Below, piece after piece: positions 1-11,346 of a stretch of DNA of 64,000 nt; the first letter of the stretch is position 1; every line of letters begins with the position of its first letter. The stretch is from Oikopleura dioica (Eukaryota; Animalia; Chordata): positions 2,914,001 to 2,978,000 of the forward strand of contig OU015568.1 of NCBI GenBank assembly GCA_907165135.1. Direction: 5' to 3'. The notes under the pieces were generated by a model, which searched no databases, was not told where the DNA came from, and was given only the letters and a program-made list of their open reading frames with translations. The translations under genes were made by a program, and so were the position numbers.

Positions 1-1257
1 ATATATTGAAATTTGCTAATTGAAAATGGTCATTTCACCATTTGCAGAAGGACTGAATTATGATAAATCTTTCTTTACCGAATCACAAGCGGGAAACTTG
101 CTTTTATACGAGAATTCCAAGATTAAATACAAGGTAGAGTAGGGATTTAAACCGTCCATATTGAGGTATAGTGAGGCATATTGAGGCATATTGGTGAACT
201 ATCAATATCATGTTTTCACTATAAAACTGAAAAGATATTTTTTACTTGTTGACCTAGAAAAAACAGTATTTTTGGACATAGAATTTGAATGAGACAAAAT
301 GAACTGCTTTCTATCAATTGAACCTGTCGGCAAATCCGATACAAATTTAAATTTTAAAACGCTTGAAGCACTAAAAGATTCAGATATCAAACATTGTTCG
401 CGGGACAATAAGTCTGACATTCCAAAAAGACGGGTTTAAAACCCTCTTTCTCGCATTTTGACTCGATTTTTGGTTGATAGAGAGCTTGATTTTTTAATCG
501 CGAAGAAAATGGATTTTAGGTAAATTTAAATATAATAAAAATGGCTGAGTTGAAGTTTACTGATCCAGGCATGAAAACCGCTAATTATTTCGGTAAAAAG
601 AACGGTTAAACCGTCTGACTTAGACATAAAATTAGTTAAAGTAGACAATTTCGACCCATTTTTGAGATTTGATGGAGTTATTCGGCAATTTTCGTGTCGG
701 TTTTTGCTACAATCTAGGTCTTAGGTTTTTTTTCTGTCAAATAATCAGAATATTTTTAAGGTACAGTGTCTGAATAATTCATTTTTGAGTTTATATGAGG
801 ATTTTTTCAGACAAAACTGACACGTATAAGATAGGACGTATAATTTGAGATAAAGTGTCACATATTTCAAACAAGATTTTTTTTAATATTCTGTATATAT
901 CCAGTAAACTCTACCGGCGCGCATTTTTGCATAAATATTTCACTACATGAACGCATCAAGCTTCAATTAACGGTCGAATAAAGGCTTGCCACTTCACTGA
1001 TTGAGAATAATTTGAGCGATGATAAAGTATGCAGCATCGTTCAGTATAGGTACGTCAGATCTTCTTTGAATGCAGGAAGATTAACGACTGTTTTTGAGAC
1101 AAGAAAATGCTCATTATTGTCGAGAAACTTCAAAAATTTGGAATAATAAGAGGTTTCGCTCAAAAGAATGAGAAAAAGAGGTTCGTTGATTATTTGATAG
1201 AAGGACCTTACAAGGGCCTCCGACTCGGTAATCTGTGTAGAGGCCTAGAGAGTAGAG

Positions 1258-1596
1258 CCCCCCCCCCCGTCAGCTTTTTTCGAAGAATCAAGTTTCGGAA
1301 TTTAAAAATTTTGACCCCGGAAATCGATTCTACAGGTCAAAAAACGAGGCTGCATTTTTCGGGGGTCTATCTCGACTCTTTTACCCTCAAAATCGCATTT
1401 GAAAATTGGACTTTTCGTCAAAAATTGACGAATTTGTCCTAATTCTGGCGAAAATATTGATTTTTCTTGGTAAAAAATTCCTCCTATTACCTTTTTTGAA
1501 GCAAGTTTAACCTGAGGACGCAAAAAGAACCAAAAATATGGTGTTTTTAAAAATTTTCATTTTCGAAGGAAAAAGCTGACGGGTGGGGGTCCTTAA
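1258..1596. mobile_element. MITE, TTAA-GGACCCC family (left end eroded)
   Basis: Left CCCCCCCCCCCGTCAGCTTTTTTCGAA and right TTCGAAGGAAAAAGCTGACGGGTGGGGGTCCTTAA are inverted. The interior (TTTTGACCCC..GAAAT, TATCTCGACTCT..ACCCTCAAAATCGCATTTGAAAAT) is shared with 36801-37050 and 43629-43962. Confidence 0.75.
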
Positions 1597-2177
1597 ACAT
1601 TAAAAATTCTTGGAAAATCAGAAAAATAAGGTTTGAAAAACAAAAAGATCGAGGTTGAAGCTTTGAACTTTATAGCATCACCAAATGTATCCGTAAGCGT
1701 CAATGCATTTAAAAACAGTACTGTTGGTCCGTATCTAGGGCACTCTCAATGACGCCCCGAGAACAGAATGAACACAACTGTAAAGAGCTATTTTAATGAA
1801 CTTCATGACGACAGGTCACGGTATAAAGGCATTAAGAATGCAGAGCTAGCAGCAGAGGGATTAAATTAGCCAGCAACTTTTTCTTCTTCAGAGAAAACCG
1901 AAAACAAAAAATAAACAAAAAAAACATGCCTGTGGCAAGAGATTCCCCTTACAGGCGACTTCAGTCGGGAAAATTTGAAAATTCTTTCAAAAATATTGCT
2001 AAAAGATTTGCTTCAAAGGGGTAATAACTTATATTATTGATAAGGGCGTTTTTTTGCCTTATTCGAAAACAACCAAGATTCTTTTGTAAAAGACAAATGA
2101 AAAATCTTTCGATTGACTTTACTATTTTTAGGCGTGTGCAAGTAAAACTTGAAGACGACGCGAAAAAGGACACAACA

Positions 2178-4316
2178 ATGAAATGGTATTCCTACCTGAT
2201 CCTCCTCCTCATGTACATCGTCTATTTGGCCATCGGAGCAATGGTTTTTCAAAAATTTGAGCAGCCAAATGAGGTTAGCAATGAATAGTCTTCCATGTCT
2301 CCAGAAAAATGACCTCTTCTATTTCAGAAAAATAAGTGTATAGAGGCGAAAGAAAAAGTCAGGACGAAAATCAATCAATTTGGAGATGACTATTTTTACA
2401 CTCTCGGCTTGAACTTGAAATTTTGCCGAGGAGTCAATGAATTTCTCGACACCCAATCTGCCGGTGTTCAGCAAGGAATGGGCTTTTGATAAAAAGAAAA
2501 GATATTGAATTCAAGTTTAATTTGGATCACGGAAAAGCCACAATCAAAAGATGTTATTGACATTATATCGAATTGGGCGAAAACGAACTGTTCGCAAGAA
2601 GCTTATCCAATAGTTGAGCAGTCATTGGCGAAGAGGGAGGACGATGATGAATTTGTCGCTCGTTATAATTTAGCTTGGAATAGTAAGTCACATCTCAATA
2701 TATTCTGAGTCTTTGTAGTCTTTTGTCCTTCATAAACATTTGGAATCATCCATTGCCTTTAGAATGCCAGGATCTTGCGAATATGGAACCAAACTTTGAC
2801 CTTGAAGAAATAACGCTCACTGGCAAAGGTTTGCCATTATCAATGTTTGACGTCAAAATTCAAATCCATCCCCATTATTAGCTCTCCGGGCAATTATGCA
2901 GAAAACCGCGCAGTTCGGCGTGAACAACTATCTATCGCTCAATAAGGACTGCCACGAAAGGTTAGCGAACTCTTCTCAACCCGAAGACAAAATGAGCCTT
3001 TAAAAGAATCGGCAGCTGATTCGATAATTGGCTTATCTTTTGAATAACTTATAAGTTCAGATGGAACTATCATAATGCATTTTTCTTCGCGGGAACATTG
3101 GCATCTACCATTGGCTATGGCAACATCGCTCCTGAAACTAAGTATGGCAAGATCTTCTGCCTGGCTTTTATCTCATTTGGAATTCCGTACTTTGCCTACA
3201 TGATGTCAGTAAGTACTTTTATGGCGTTAAAAGCCCTTTGGTGCATGTTTTTAGAGTAAAAAATAATTAAATGACCTGTCATTTTTAGACTGATAATTAT
3301 GCCTCTGTAAAGCTTAACAAAATTATTCATAAGAAAGAAAATCGGGCAAAAATGAGAATAAGCCGTTTCGTAGTTATGTGTCTAAAAATGCTTGACAGCT
3401 AATTAAAAAATAGCTCAATTACAGTAAGCCCTGATATAAGACTTATACCAGCGCCATCATAAAAATCTTTTTTAGGCAATATCGGACTTGATCAACCACC
3501 AAATGGACCGGATCCGCGACTGGCTGGAAAAGCATGTCTTTCCCGACGGAGTCAACTACTATTTCATTCCAAGTTGCTATACCTTTGGAGGACTCATCTT
3601 TTTCATCGCAATTCCGAGCTACATATTTACCATTATGGAAGGTACGCATTATCTTTTCTGGCAGATTTGTTACTAATTAAACAGATTGGACGATGCTAGA
3701 CGCGATCTATTACAGCTTCATTTCTCTCTCGACGATTGGCTTCGGTGATTTTATTCCGTCCATGGAACCGCCAAATAAATACGCAGAATATGTCCGAAAC
3801 GACACTGCTTGACACGGGTCTCTTCTATTTAGATGAGAAATGATCTTGAGACATAATGTCTTGACGATTTTTTTATGAAATCAAGATGACCCACTCGAAG
3901 TTTTGAAGCATTAATCAACCCTATTCCGACCGAACAGGATGATCAAAACGACGATGGACTTTCAAAATTATGCAATCCTTCAATTTGGCCGGAACATATT
4001 GAAATCATTTTCAACATGTATCGTGTCATGGTCTTCTTTTGGATCCTCTGCGGATTAGGTTTCAAAACTTCCGATTTTTCCGAAATCAAAATTTTCTAGT
4101 CTGGCTTGGTGGTGTGATTTCCATCATGACAGAAATGATTCGACACCGAGGAAAATCGCTCGACGACGAAAAACAGAAAAATGAAGAAAACGAGGAGAAG
4201 AAAGACAAGAATTTGAGACAACAGTCGACCAAGAGATTGAACAACGGATCGTTGCAAAAGGTGAGCAAAAGAATCTGCCAAAGATCAAGGAAATTTTATA
4301 GGTGGTGAAAGTCTAA
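2178..4316 (+). CDS. Two-pore-domain K+ channel (K2P/KCNK family), multi-exon
   Basis: M1 [28 protein letters not shown]; P1 [26 protein letters not shown]; M2 [15 protein letters not shown]; P2 [25 protein letters not shown]; M4 [19 protein letters not shown]. Last exon VVKV-TAA at 4314-4316. Splicing near 3800-3900 is unresolved. Confidence 0.93.
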
Positions 4317-4394
4317 TGAGAACGCGCTCTTTCTTGTATATTTGTAATAAATCAAACTTCCAGTTCAATTCTACGAATCATTTTTATTCTAGTT

Positions 4395-5108
4395 CTACAG
4401 CTCGTTGTGCACAGGCTTTTTGATAGTCTTGACGTTCGGCGCATTCGGGTTGAATCCGACAACTGGCTTCTTCACTTTGTGGAGATTGTCAGCGATCATC
4501 TTGTTGATCGCCTCGTCAGTCAGTTTATTGTCTTCGGGACTATCCGCGTTCAATCGAACGACGCCGCTGGAATTTCAAGCGTTTCAAAATTTAACCCGTC
4601 GGAGAAAAATACCTGCAAGCGTCCGAGAGCTCATGACAGAGCCAAACGCCCATTTTGTGATGAAATTTTCGAACAAGCGCTTCTTCGAGAGTGTCTTCGT
4701 GGCGATTTAAAAATGCTTGGCAAGATCGAACCATCTAAAAACGATTAAAATTGGTCCTTATATCTAAATCCTACCTTGTCCACAGGGAATTTGAACTCCT
4801 TTGCTGCCTCCCTGTAATTCCTCTTTCCACAAATGTGGTCGAGAATGATGATGACTTCGTCGTCCCAAGTCAAGCCTTTTCCATCCAGTTCATCGAGCTT
4901 TCCGACCAGCTCTAGAAAGAGTTGAAAATGGACAGAAGAAGAGGGCTTACCTTTAGCCATGATATGACATGTTTCGCAGTAGATTTGTCGGGAGATTCCT
5001 AGGGGAACTTCAGTTATGGCAGCGACTTGACCAAGGGTGGCAATGAAAGGGATGAAAAATGCTCAGAAAAAGAACGGAATATGCAAAGTTAAATTGGCGC
5101 GTTGTCAT
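4395..5108 (-). CDS. Saposin-B-type/canopy-like ER luminal protein
   Basis: Spliced frame: IYCETCHIMAK..LDHIC..VRSCQAFLNRHEDTLEEAL..VWLCHELSDAC, ending KPVHNEL-TAG (KDEL-type signal). The 5' start is uncertain. Confidence 0.75.
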
Positions 5109-5500
5109 CGATAGACTTAGATCTTTCGTAACTACAAAAAAAAACACTTAAAATTTCATCCCCTTAGGCAAGAAGAAAATTGAGCAGCTTCATTATGATA
5201 ATGCTTTTTTTCAATTAATTTCTCTGTTTATAACTTGTGGATAATCCTCTTTGTTATGGCGGACAATAAAAAAGCAACGCAACGGTGACGAAAAATATTC
5301 AAAGCCACGGGCTGCGTTTTTATCATAAAAAATCTCTAAGCTCAACATGAGAAAGCATCGCCTCGGGGCAAGGATGAAGGAAAATGTTTCTTGAGATCTG
5401 GTGCAGATTTTAGCTTCATATCGTTTTAAATTGTTGTTGTGTTTATTCAAAATCAAGAATCTAAAAGTGGCAGGCTTGAAACAATGATAGTAAGAAGAGA

Positions 5501-6930
5501 TTAGACAGCTTGTGTTGGTGTCATTTCAGTTTGATCTTCATTCTGGCGAGTGCTTTCGCTAACCATGCTTCCTGATGATTGCTTTCCAGGATTGTAATCG
5601 CCATTGCCGTCATCATTGCCACCTTTTCCAGCAACGAAGTAGTAGACAAGTCCAGCAATGAGTCCAACTCCGACGAGACAACCGATGACGATTCCAACAA
5701 TAGCTCCGGTTGACAGTCCAGTTGGGCAAGGCTCAGAGACAGGGAAGTTCCTAACAATGAGATATTACAAAAATTATCACTGAAAAATCATCGCATCTTG
5801 TCAACTTACACTGGTGCGTCAGGATGAGCCTTGTTGTATGCAGGTTCTTTGACATCCTTGATGAATTTGATGATTGAAGTTTCTTGTCGAGGATCGACGC
5901 AAATATTATCATCATTACTTTCTCGGAAAAGTCCACTGGTAAATTTATCGCAAAATCGGGCTGAGCTGGGTTCTTTTGGCACTTCATCAAATTTTTCTTT
6001 GAGCTTTTGCTTGAGCGGACCATCCGGAATTGCGCCCAAATCTGGTTGGTATTTTAGTATTTGACGCTTTTTCGGCAATTCGTACCTGGTTTGTTGGCGA
6101 TGAAACTTTCGGAAATCTTGATACAGTCATAGTCTTTTTCACAACGGGTAATCAAATAATCTTTTCCATCGACAACTCCGCCGTTGTAGTACAGATCATT
6201 GAGATATTCACCAAGGCCTTCAGGATTGAAGCAAATGTAATCATTCTGGCAAGCTTCGAGGAAGGACTGGCAGAATGCCCGGCATGCTTGGATTTGAACC
6301 CTTTCGCTTTGATTCCTCTGGAAAGCGTAAATATTGGGAGAGCACTGGGAGGTGCAGAAATTGCTCTGCACATACGCCTGGCATGTAGAACTCATTCCGG
6401 CTGAATTGAATCGTTTAAAATTTAACAATGCCTACTCATCGCTTTTCTTGAGCAAATACTCTGGTGCTTGACCTTTTTTGATCAAATTTGTTAAGGAAAA
6501 AAATTGAAAACATATTCTACTCACCATTTTGGACTTTGTTTCCTTGGGCGTCGCAGCCGGAGAAGTCGAAGATGCCGTACTTGGTCAATTTTCCATCAAC
6601 ATTTTTGAATTTGTTGAACTCGGTGGAAACTTTCGCGTCGTCGCAGCAAGAATAACACGAATACTATGAATAAAAATAATAGAATGGCAATTTTTTCTTT
6701 CATTGTTTTCTTACCGAAGGACAAAGATCTTTTCCAGTCGGTTCCGGGCCATTTTGGAAATGATAAGGTAAGTTTCCGCATCTCTCTTCCCTGGTTACTT
6801 TGTCCGCCGGAGTCGTTGTTGTTGTGGAAGACATTGTCGGCACCGGAGTCGGATCAGTAGGCAATGGAGGGAGCGACGGCATAGGATCCTGGCTCATGAC
6901 GCCAGCAAAGGCGAAAGCAAAAACTCTCAT
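5501..6930 (-). CDS. Folate-receptor-family Cys-rich protein with signal peptide, P/T-rich linker, one TM helix and a cytoplasmic tail
   Basis: MRVFAFAFAGVMSQDP; ERCGNLPYHFQNGPEPTGKDLCPS; YSCYSCCDD; TCQAYVQSNFCTSQCSPNIYAF..IQACRAFCQSFLEACQNDYIC (FOLR-type Cys spacing). TM GAIVGIVIGCLVGVGLIAGLVYYFVA; stop at 5501-5503. Confidence 0.78.
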
Positions 6931-7369
6931 TGTTCTTTTGGCTCTAGTTTCGCGTGTGGAACTGGAGGATAAGAAGGCAGAAACGGCAATTTTTATTTGC
7001 GCGCGGGAATCATCTATTGCAAATATTGAAAAAGCATTATTCGTAGCGCTCGGTCACGATTCTTGCTGCCAAATTTGCCAAATATGGAAGGCGTCGAACG
7101 ATAGTTTAGTTAATGATGAATGGATAGTAACAATCATAAGTCAATGACTCTTAATTTTTTGCCAAGGAGCCGTATTTCCATTTTAACCCCTTTTGATCAA
7201 AGATCAAAACGGTGCTAATCAATTTACTTCCATAACACCTAAGGTCCCTCTCATCAAAAGCCCCTCCTTGACCTTCTTCATCTTTCCCCGAAAGCCGCGC
7301 TAGAAAAGAGAGACCGTAAAATTTTCAACATACAAATTTGAAAATTTTCAAAGTTCGTTTTAGATTTCG

Positions 7370-7520
7370 CGCAGCTGGGCCGCCGGCGGGAGCTCGATTG
7401 TGGCCGATTTCACGTGATAATTGCCCGCAGCGGGTGCCTTGATTGCCTGGGGCCGACCTTGCGCTCACCTGCGTAGCTGGTTGGTCACGTGGCCTCGTGA
7501 GCGGCTGGTGGCGCTCTTTT
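7370..7520. promoter_or_regulatory. GC-rich putative divergent promoter with two E-boxes
   Basis: GC-rich island between head-to-head genes (ATG 6930 minus, ATG 7688 plus). CACGTG at 7411-7416 and 7486-7491. Confidence 0.4.
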
Positions 7521-7687
7521 TCGGGGAATATAATCCGCGAGAAAAGCCAAGAAGGCATATTCACTCCAAACTTCAAGCAGAAAAACAGCTTCTTACAGAA
7601 AAACTCGCCTTTCAAGCGCGAAAAAGCTTCATCAAAACTTTTTCTTCAAACTCCCTCTCCACCAAAAGAATCTTACTCCTCAGAAAA

Positions 7688-8098
7688 ATGGTTCAAATCG
7701 ACCTCAACGACACCATCCGAAAAGATGGCCTCTTCGCCTGCTTCCGCCCTAAGCTCCCCAAGAACCTCCCTCGCCTTCCAAAGCTCAAGAAAACCACTGA
7801 AAAGTTCGAAGAAACCGCCGACTTTGAGTTCGAAATCCGCCGCTTTTCCGGAGAAGACAACGACAGCGAAGACCGAGTTTCCTGGCGACGAGAAGTTCGA
7901 AAATCCTGGTTCGAATTCGATCAATTCCAGCAACAGAAAAAAGAACAGGGATCTGAAACGCTCGAGAATCTCCGCCTCCAGTCCCAGGTCTACAGAGAAG
8001 AGGTTAACTCCCTAAAGCGACAAATCGACGAGCTGAAGGAGGAAAAACGACATCTTGCTGAAAACATGCTCCCGAAAACTGCAAGATATCTTTTGTAA
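7688..8098 (+). CDS. Uncharacterised ~136-aa protein with a C-terminal coiled coil
   Basis: Uninterrupted ORF MVQIDLNDTIRKDGLFACFRPK..LENLRLQSQVYREEVNSLKRQIDELKEEKRHLAENM, with coding-like composition and a downstream AATAAA. Confidence 0.6.
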   Translation: MVQIDLNDTIRKDGLFACFRPKLPKNLPRLPKLKKTTEKFEETADFEFEIRRFSGEDNDSEDRVSWRREVRKSWFEFDQFQQQKKEQGSETLENLRLQSQVYREEVNSLKRQIDELKEEKRHLAENMLPKTARYLL

Positions 8099-8319
8099 AT
8101 ACCGTTTTTCTACTTTTTTCTTCAAATAAAACTTCAAAAATTTAAGTTTTCTATCGCTTTTTTCCCGAAAAACAACGATGTTCTCGAACCTCCAGTCAAG
8201 TTATTACACACTTTTCTGGCCAATCAAATCAATTCAAATATTTGGTATCATAAAAAACTCTTCAAAAGAATACCCATTTTTTTAAAACAGAGATTTTGCC
8301 CAAACCTCCTTTTCGAAAA

Positions 8320-11202
8320 ATGAGCGAAAGAGACAGATTGGTCGATCGTTCGCTTTTTCCGCAGCTTGGAGAGAAAATCTATTTTGACAACGCTGGAGCA
8401 GCGCTTTATAATTCGAAGCATGTCGATCGTGTTTCTGAGGCATTGAAAAATACTCTTTTAGGTTAATTTTCAGAAATCAACGAAGAGAATTACGTTTATT
8501 TCTTTTAGTAAATCCGCATTCTTCAAGCGATTCGGAGGTGAATTCAATTGAGCTGGAATTGAGAAGTCGTCTTCGAGATCTCTGGTCGATGCCAGAAGAT
8601 TATGAAATTATTTTCACTCGGGAATGGTTTTCAACATCTATTTTTTCTTCTTTCTAGCCCTTCTGCTTTTTGAAAACAAAAGAGAACGCAACAGAAGCAA
8701 TCCAACTGACAGGCAGAATCTTCAATTTCCAACCTAATGACATCTTTTTCTACACCCTCGACAATCACACTTCTATCGCTGGCCTTCGAAAAATGGCGAA
8801 GGGAAATGTTTTCTGCTTCGAAAATCGCCACAAGACTCATGTCATCCAAAGCTCTTCTGAAGAAGATGGCCGATTGCTGGTCGCGTACCCAGCTCAAAGT
8901 AATTTCGATGGCTTTCGAGCTGACTCGCCAGTTGAAACGATTTCAATGCACTATCCCAACGCCACTTCAACCCTTGTTCTTCTCGACATTGCTTCCTTGG
9001 TATCTTCATCTCCCGTTCCTTTTGCAACGCACAAGTTTGACTTTGCCCCGTTTTCTTTCTACAAACTCTTTGGGTTACCAACCTCTCTCGGCGGCTTGAT
9101 AATCCGGAAGGAGCATTTAAAACCGCCAAATGATTTCTTCGGCGGCGGATCTGTCAAAGCGTGGCTCCCGACCGAAGCAATAACGATGGAAAAAGATGGA
9201 GTCGAGTCTTGGTCGCTTGAAGTCCACCTAGCGCGGAGATGCTCCAAGCGTTGATTGGGCTGAACACCTGGTTGGAATTGACGAATGGCTTGGAGAACTT
9301 ATCGTCCTTTCTTCAGTCATTGACGGAATTCGCTCTTGAATCATTGAAGAAAATTGCGTATCCTGATGGAGCCCAAGCATTTGAAATTTACAACCGTGGA
9401 GATGAAGAATCTTCTGGGCCAATAATCGCCTTCAACTTGAAAAAACAAAACGGCTCGTTTTTCCGGCCAGGGGATATTTCAAGACTTTTGGCGTCCGAAG
9501 GCTTCATAATTCGATCTGGATGCATGTGCAATTTAGGGAAGGGTTGATAGACAAATCGGTTGGTCATACGTGGCCTTTGCGCAATTTCTTTTTCCTGCTG
9601 AATTTCAAAATTCTACATTCCACCGCGAATTCGATTTCTAAGTCAATTTCTATTCAACCTAAGAAAAGGCGCCTGCATGCAAGCTTTGCAGAATTCAAGC
9701 GCGGATGTCAAGAAGAATTTTCTCGCTGGACATAGCTGTGGGGATGAACTGGATTTGGATGAGAATGGGCGGCCACAAATGGCGCTGAGAATCAGCTTTG
9801 GCTATCATAGTTCAAAGGGAGATGTGGAGAGATTGGTCACCTTTTTTGAAGATTTCATCAAAAATTCAACTTTTTCTCATAAAGGTAAGAGCACAAATCT
9901 GTCGGAAAATGTGTGAAATGGTTAATCATTATTTTAGAAAGACTATTAATTAACATTCGCTTAATTAGATAAAAAATAATATTTGTCTATAAAAATTTAA
10001 GAGAAACTTATGGTTTTCTCTTCATCGAAAAATATTCAGATAACAACGAAGCATCCTTTTCATCTTCTACGAAAAAAGTCCGTCTCCAGTCGTTGTTTGT
10101 GTTTCCCTTGAAATCAGCAGGGGCATTATCTCTCAACGAGATGCGATTTCACGAGAACGGCACGCCGCTGCTAGACCGAATCTACTGCGTAGCGAGTGGA
10201 ACATCTCGTCAGGTTGTTCAAGGCAAGCATCTGCCCAAGCTAGCGAAAATCCAGCCGAGAATTGACTTTGAGACCGGGAAATTGACTCTTCATTATACGG
10301 GGTTAGAAGATTTACTAATTGAAGAAAATAATGACGATGAAGAAGATGAGGAAAATGGCAATACGGAGGGCTTGTCGATTTGTGAGGAAAGGATAGATGA
10401 AAGTTGACGTCTGTGGGACTAGATGAATGTCAGCGAGACAATAAACGGATTGTCAAAGCGTGATCCTATAAAAAGACCAGAGTTTGTTTGAGGAAGATTC
10501 CGATGAAAGATTGTGGAGAAAAGGCTTCATGTTGGCTCAAAAAATGTCTCAACAGACAGCTCAGGAAAGAGATGCGAAATCTTACTACAGACATTTTTAC
10601 GAAATCGAAATCGAATTCTTTGAATCCTCAGATTATTTTATTATCAATAAATTCATATTTTGAAGGTAGTCCGGTCACCATCAAAAATAAGATATCAGGT
10701 TTTTTGAGAAATTCATCTTACTGAGTCTTAAAAATTTGTTAATAATTAGATAAATATATCAATTATGGTATCTTTCGAAAGACTTTTGAAAATTTCTTCT
10801 TCAATCGACGGCCTAAATCTTCAAATGAAATCGCCTCTTCTCCTCGTTACAACAGCTTCACTAGAATGGTTGAGGAAGAAACTTGCGGAAAACGGCGTAA
10901 AAATGACAATCAATGATCTGGTCATGCGTTTCCGGCCAAATTTACTTCTGGAAACAAATGAAGCGTTTGAAGAAGAGTCGTGGAAAGAACTGAAAATTGG
11001 TGATTTCCTTTTGACTGTTCAGGGAAACTGTACTCGCTGCGGAGCTGTCTGCACAAATCCAAAACTGGGGATAAGAGAGGGCGAACCGTTGAAAACCCTG
11101 ACTCAGATTCGTGAAAAGACGCAATTTGGAATCTACGTCGAAATTTTCTCCTCGAAAATGCTGCTCAAAAGAGGCGACTTTATTGAACCTGTTTTCAAAT
11201 GA
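8320..11202 (+). CDS. MOCOS: Molybdenum cofactor sulfurase (NifS-like domain + MOSC); apparent 1-nt frameshift near 9220
   Basis: IYFDNAGA, GNPHS, FTR/NATEA, SFYKLFGLPTSLGGL (PLP Lys), FGGGSV, RSGCMCNLG/AC, HSCGDELDL..LRISFGY, LFVFPLKSAG (MOSC-N), RFRPNLLL..CTRC (MOSC). Confidence 0.93.
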
Positions 11203-11346
11203 CTTTTTTTTTTGACTTCATAAATAAAGAAACCCAAGACGCATCATAAAAACGCGGCAAAACAATAAATGACCTGGCGCTTCTTTTGTCTCACTTTTAG
11301 CAAGAATGAGAGGTGAAGTTTTTCAAAGAAAAGGGAAATATTGCGG

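Noticed and set aside
49-712. Exon-like fragments (EGLNYDKSFF.., MNCFLSIEPVG.., MAELKFTDPG..)
   Set aside because: Plausibly coding, but neither strand nor exon chain could be fixed and no homology was recognised.
1107-1523. ORFs of 111 aa (+) and 73 aa (-)
   Set aside because: They lie over a MITE; no domain similarity.
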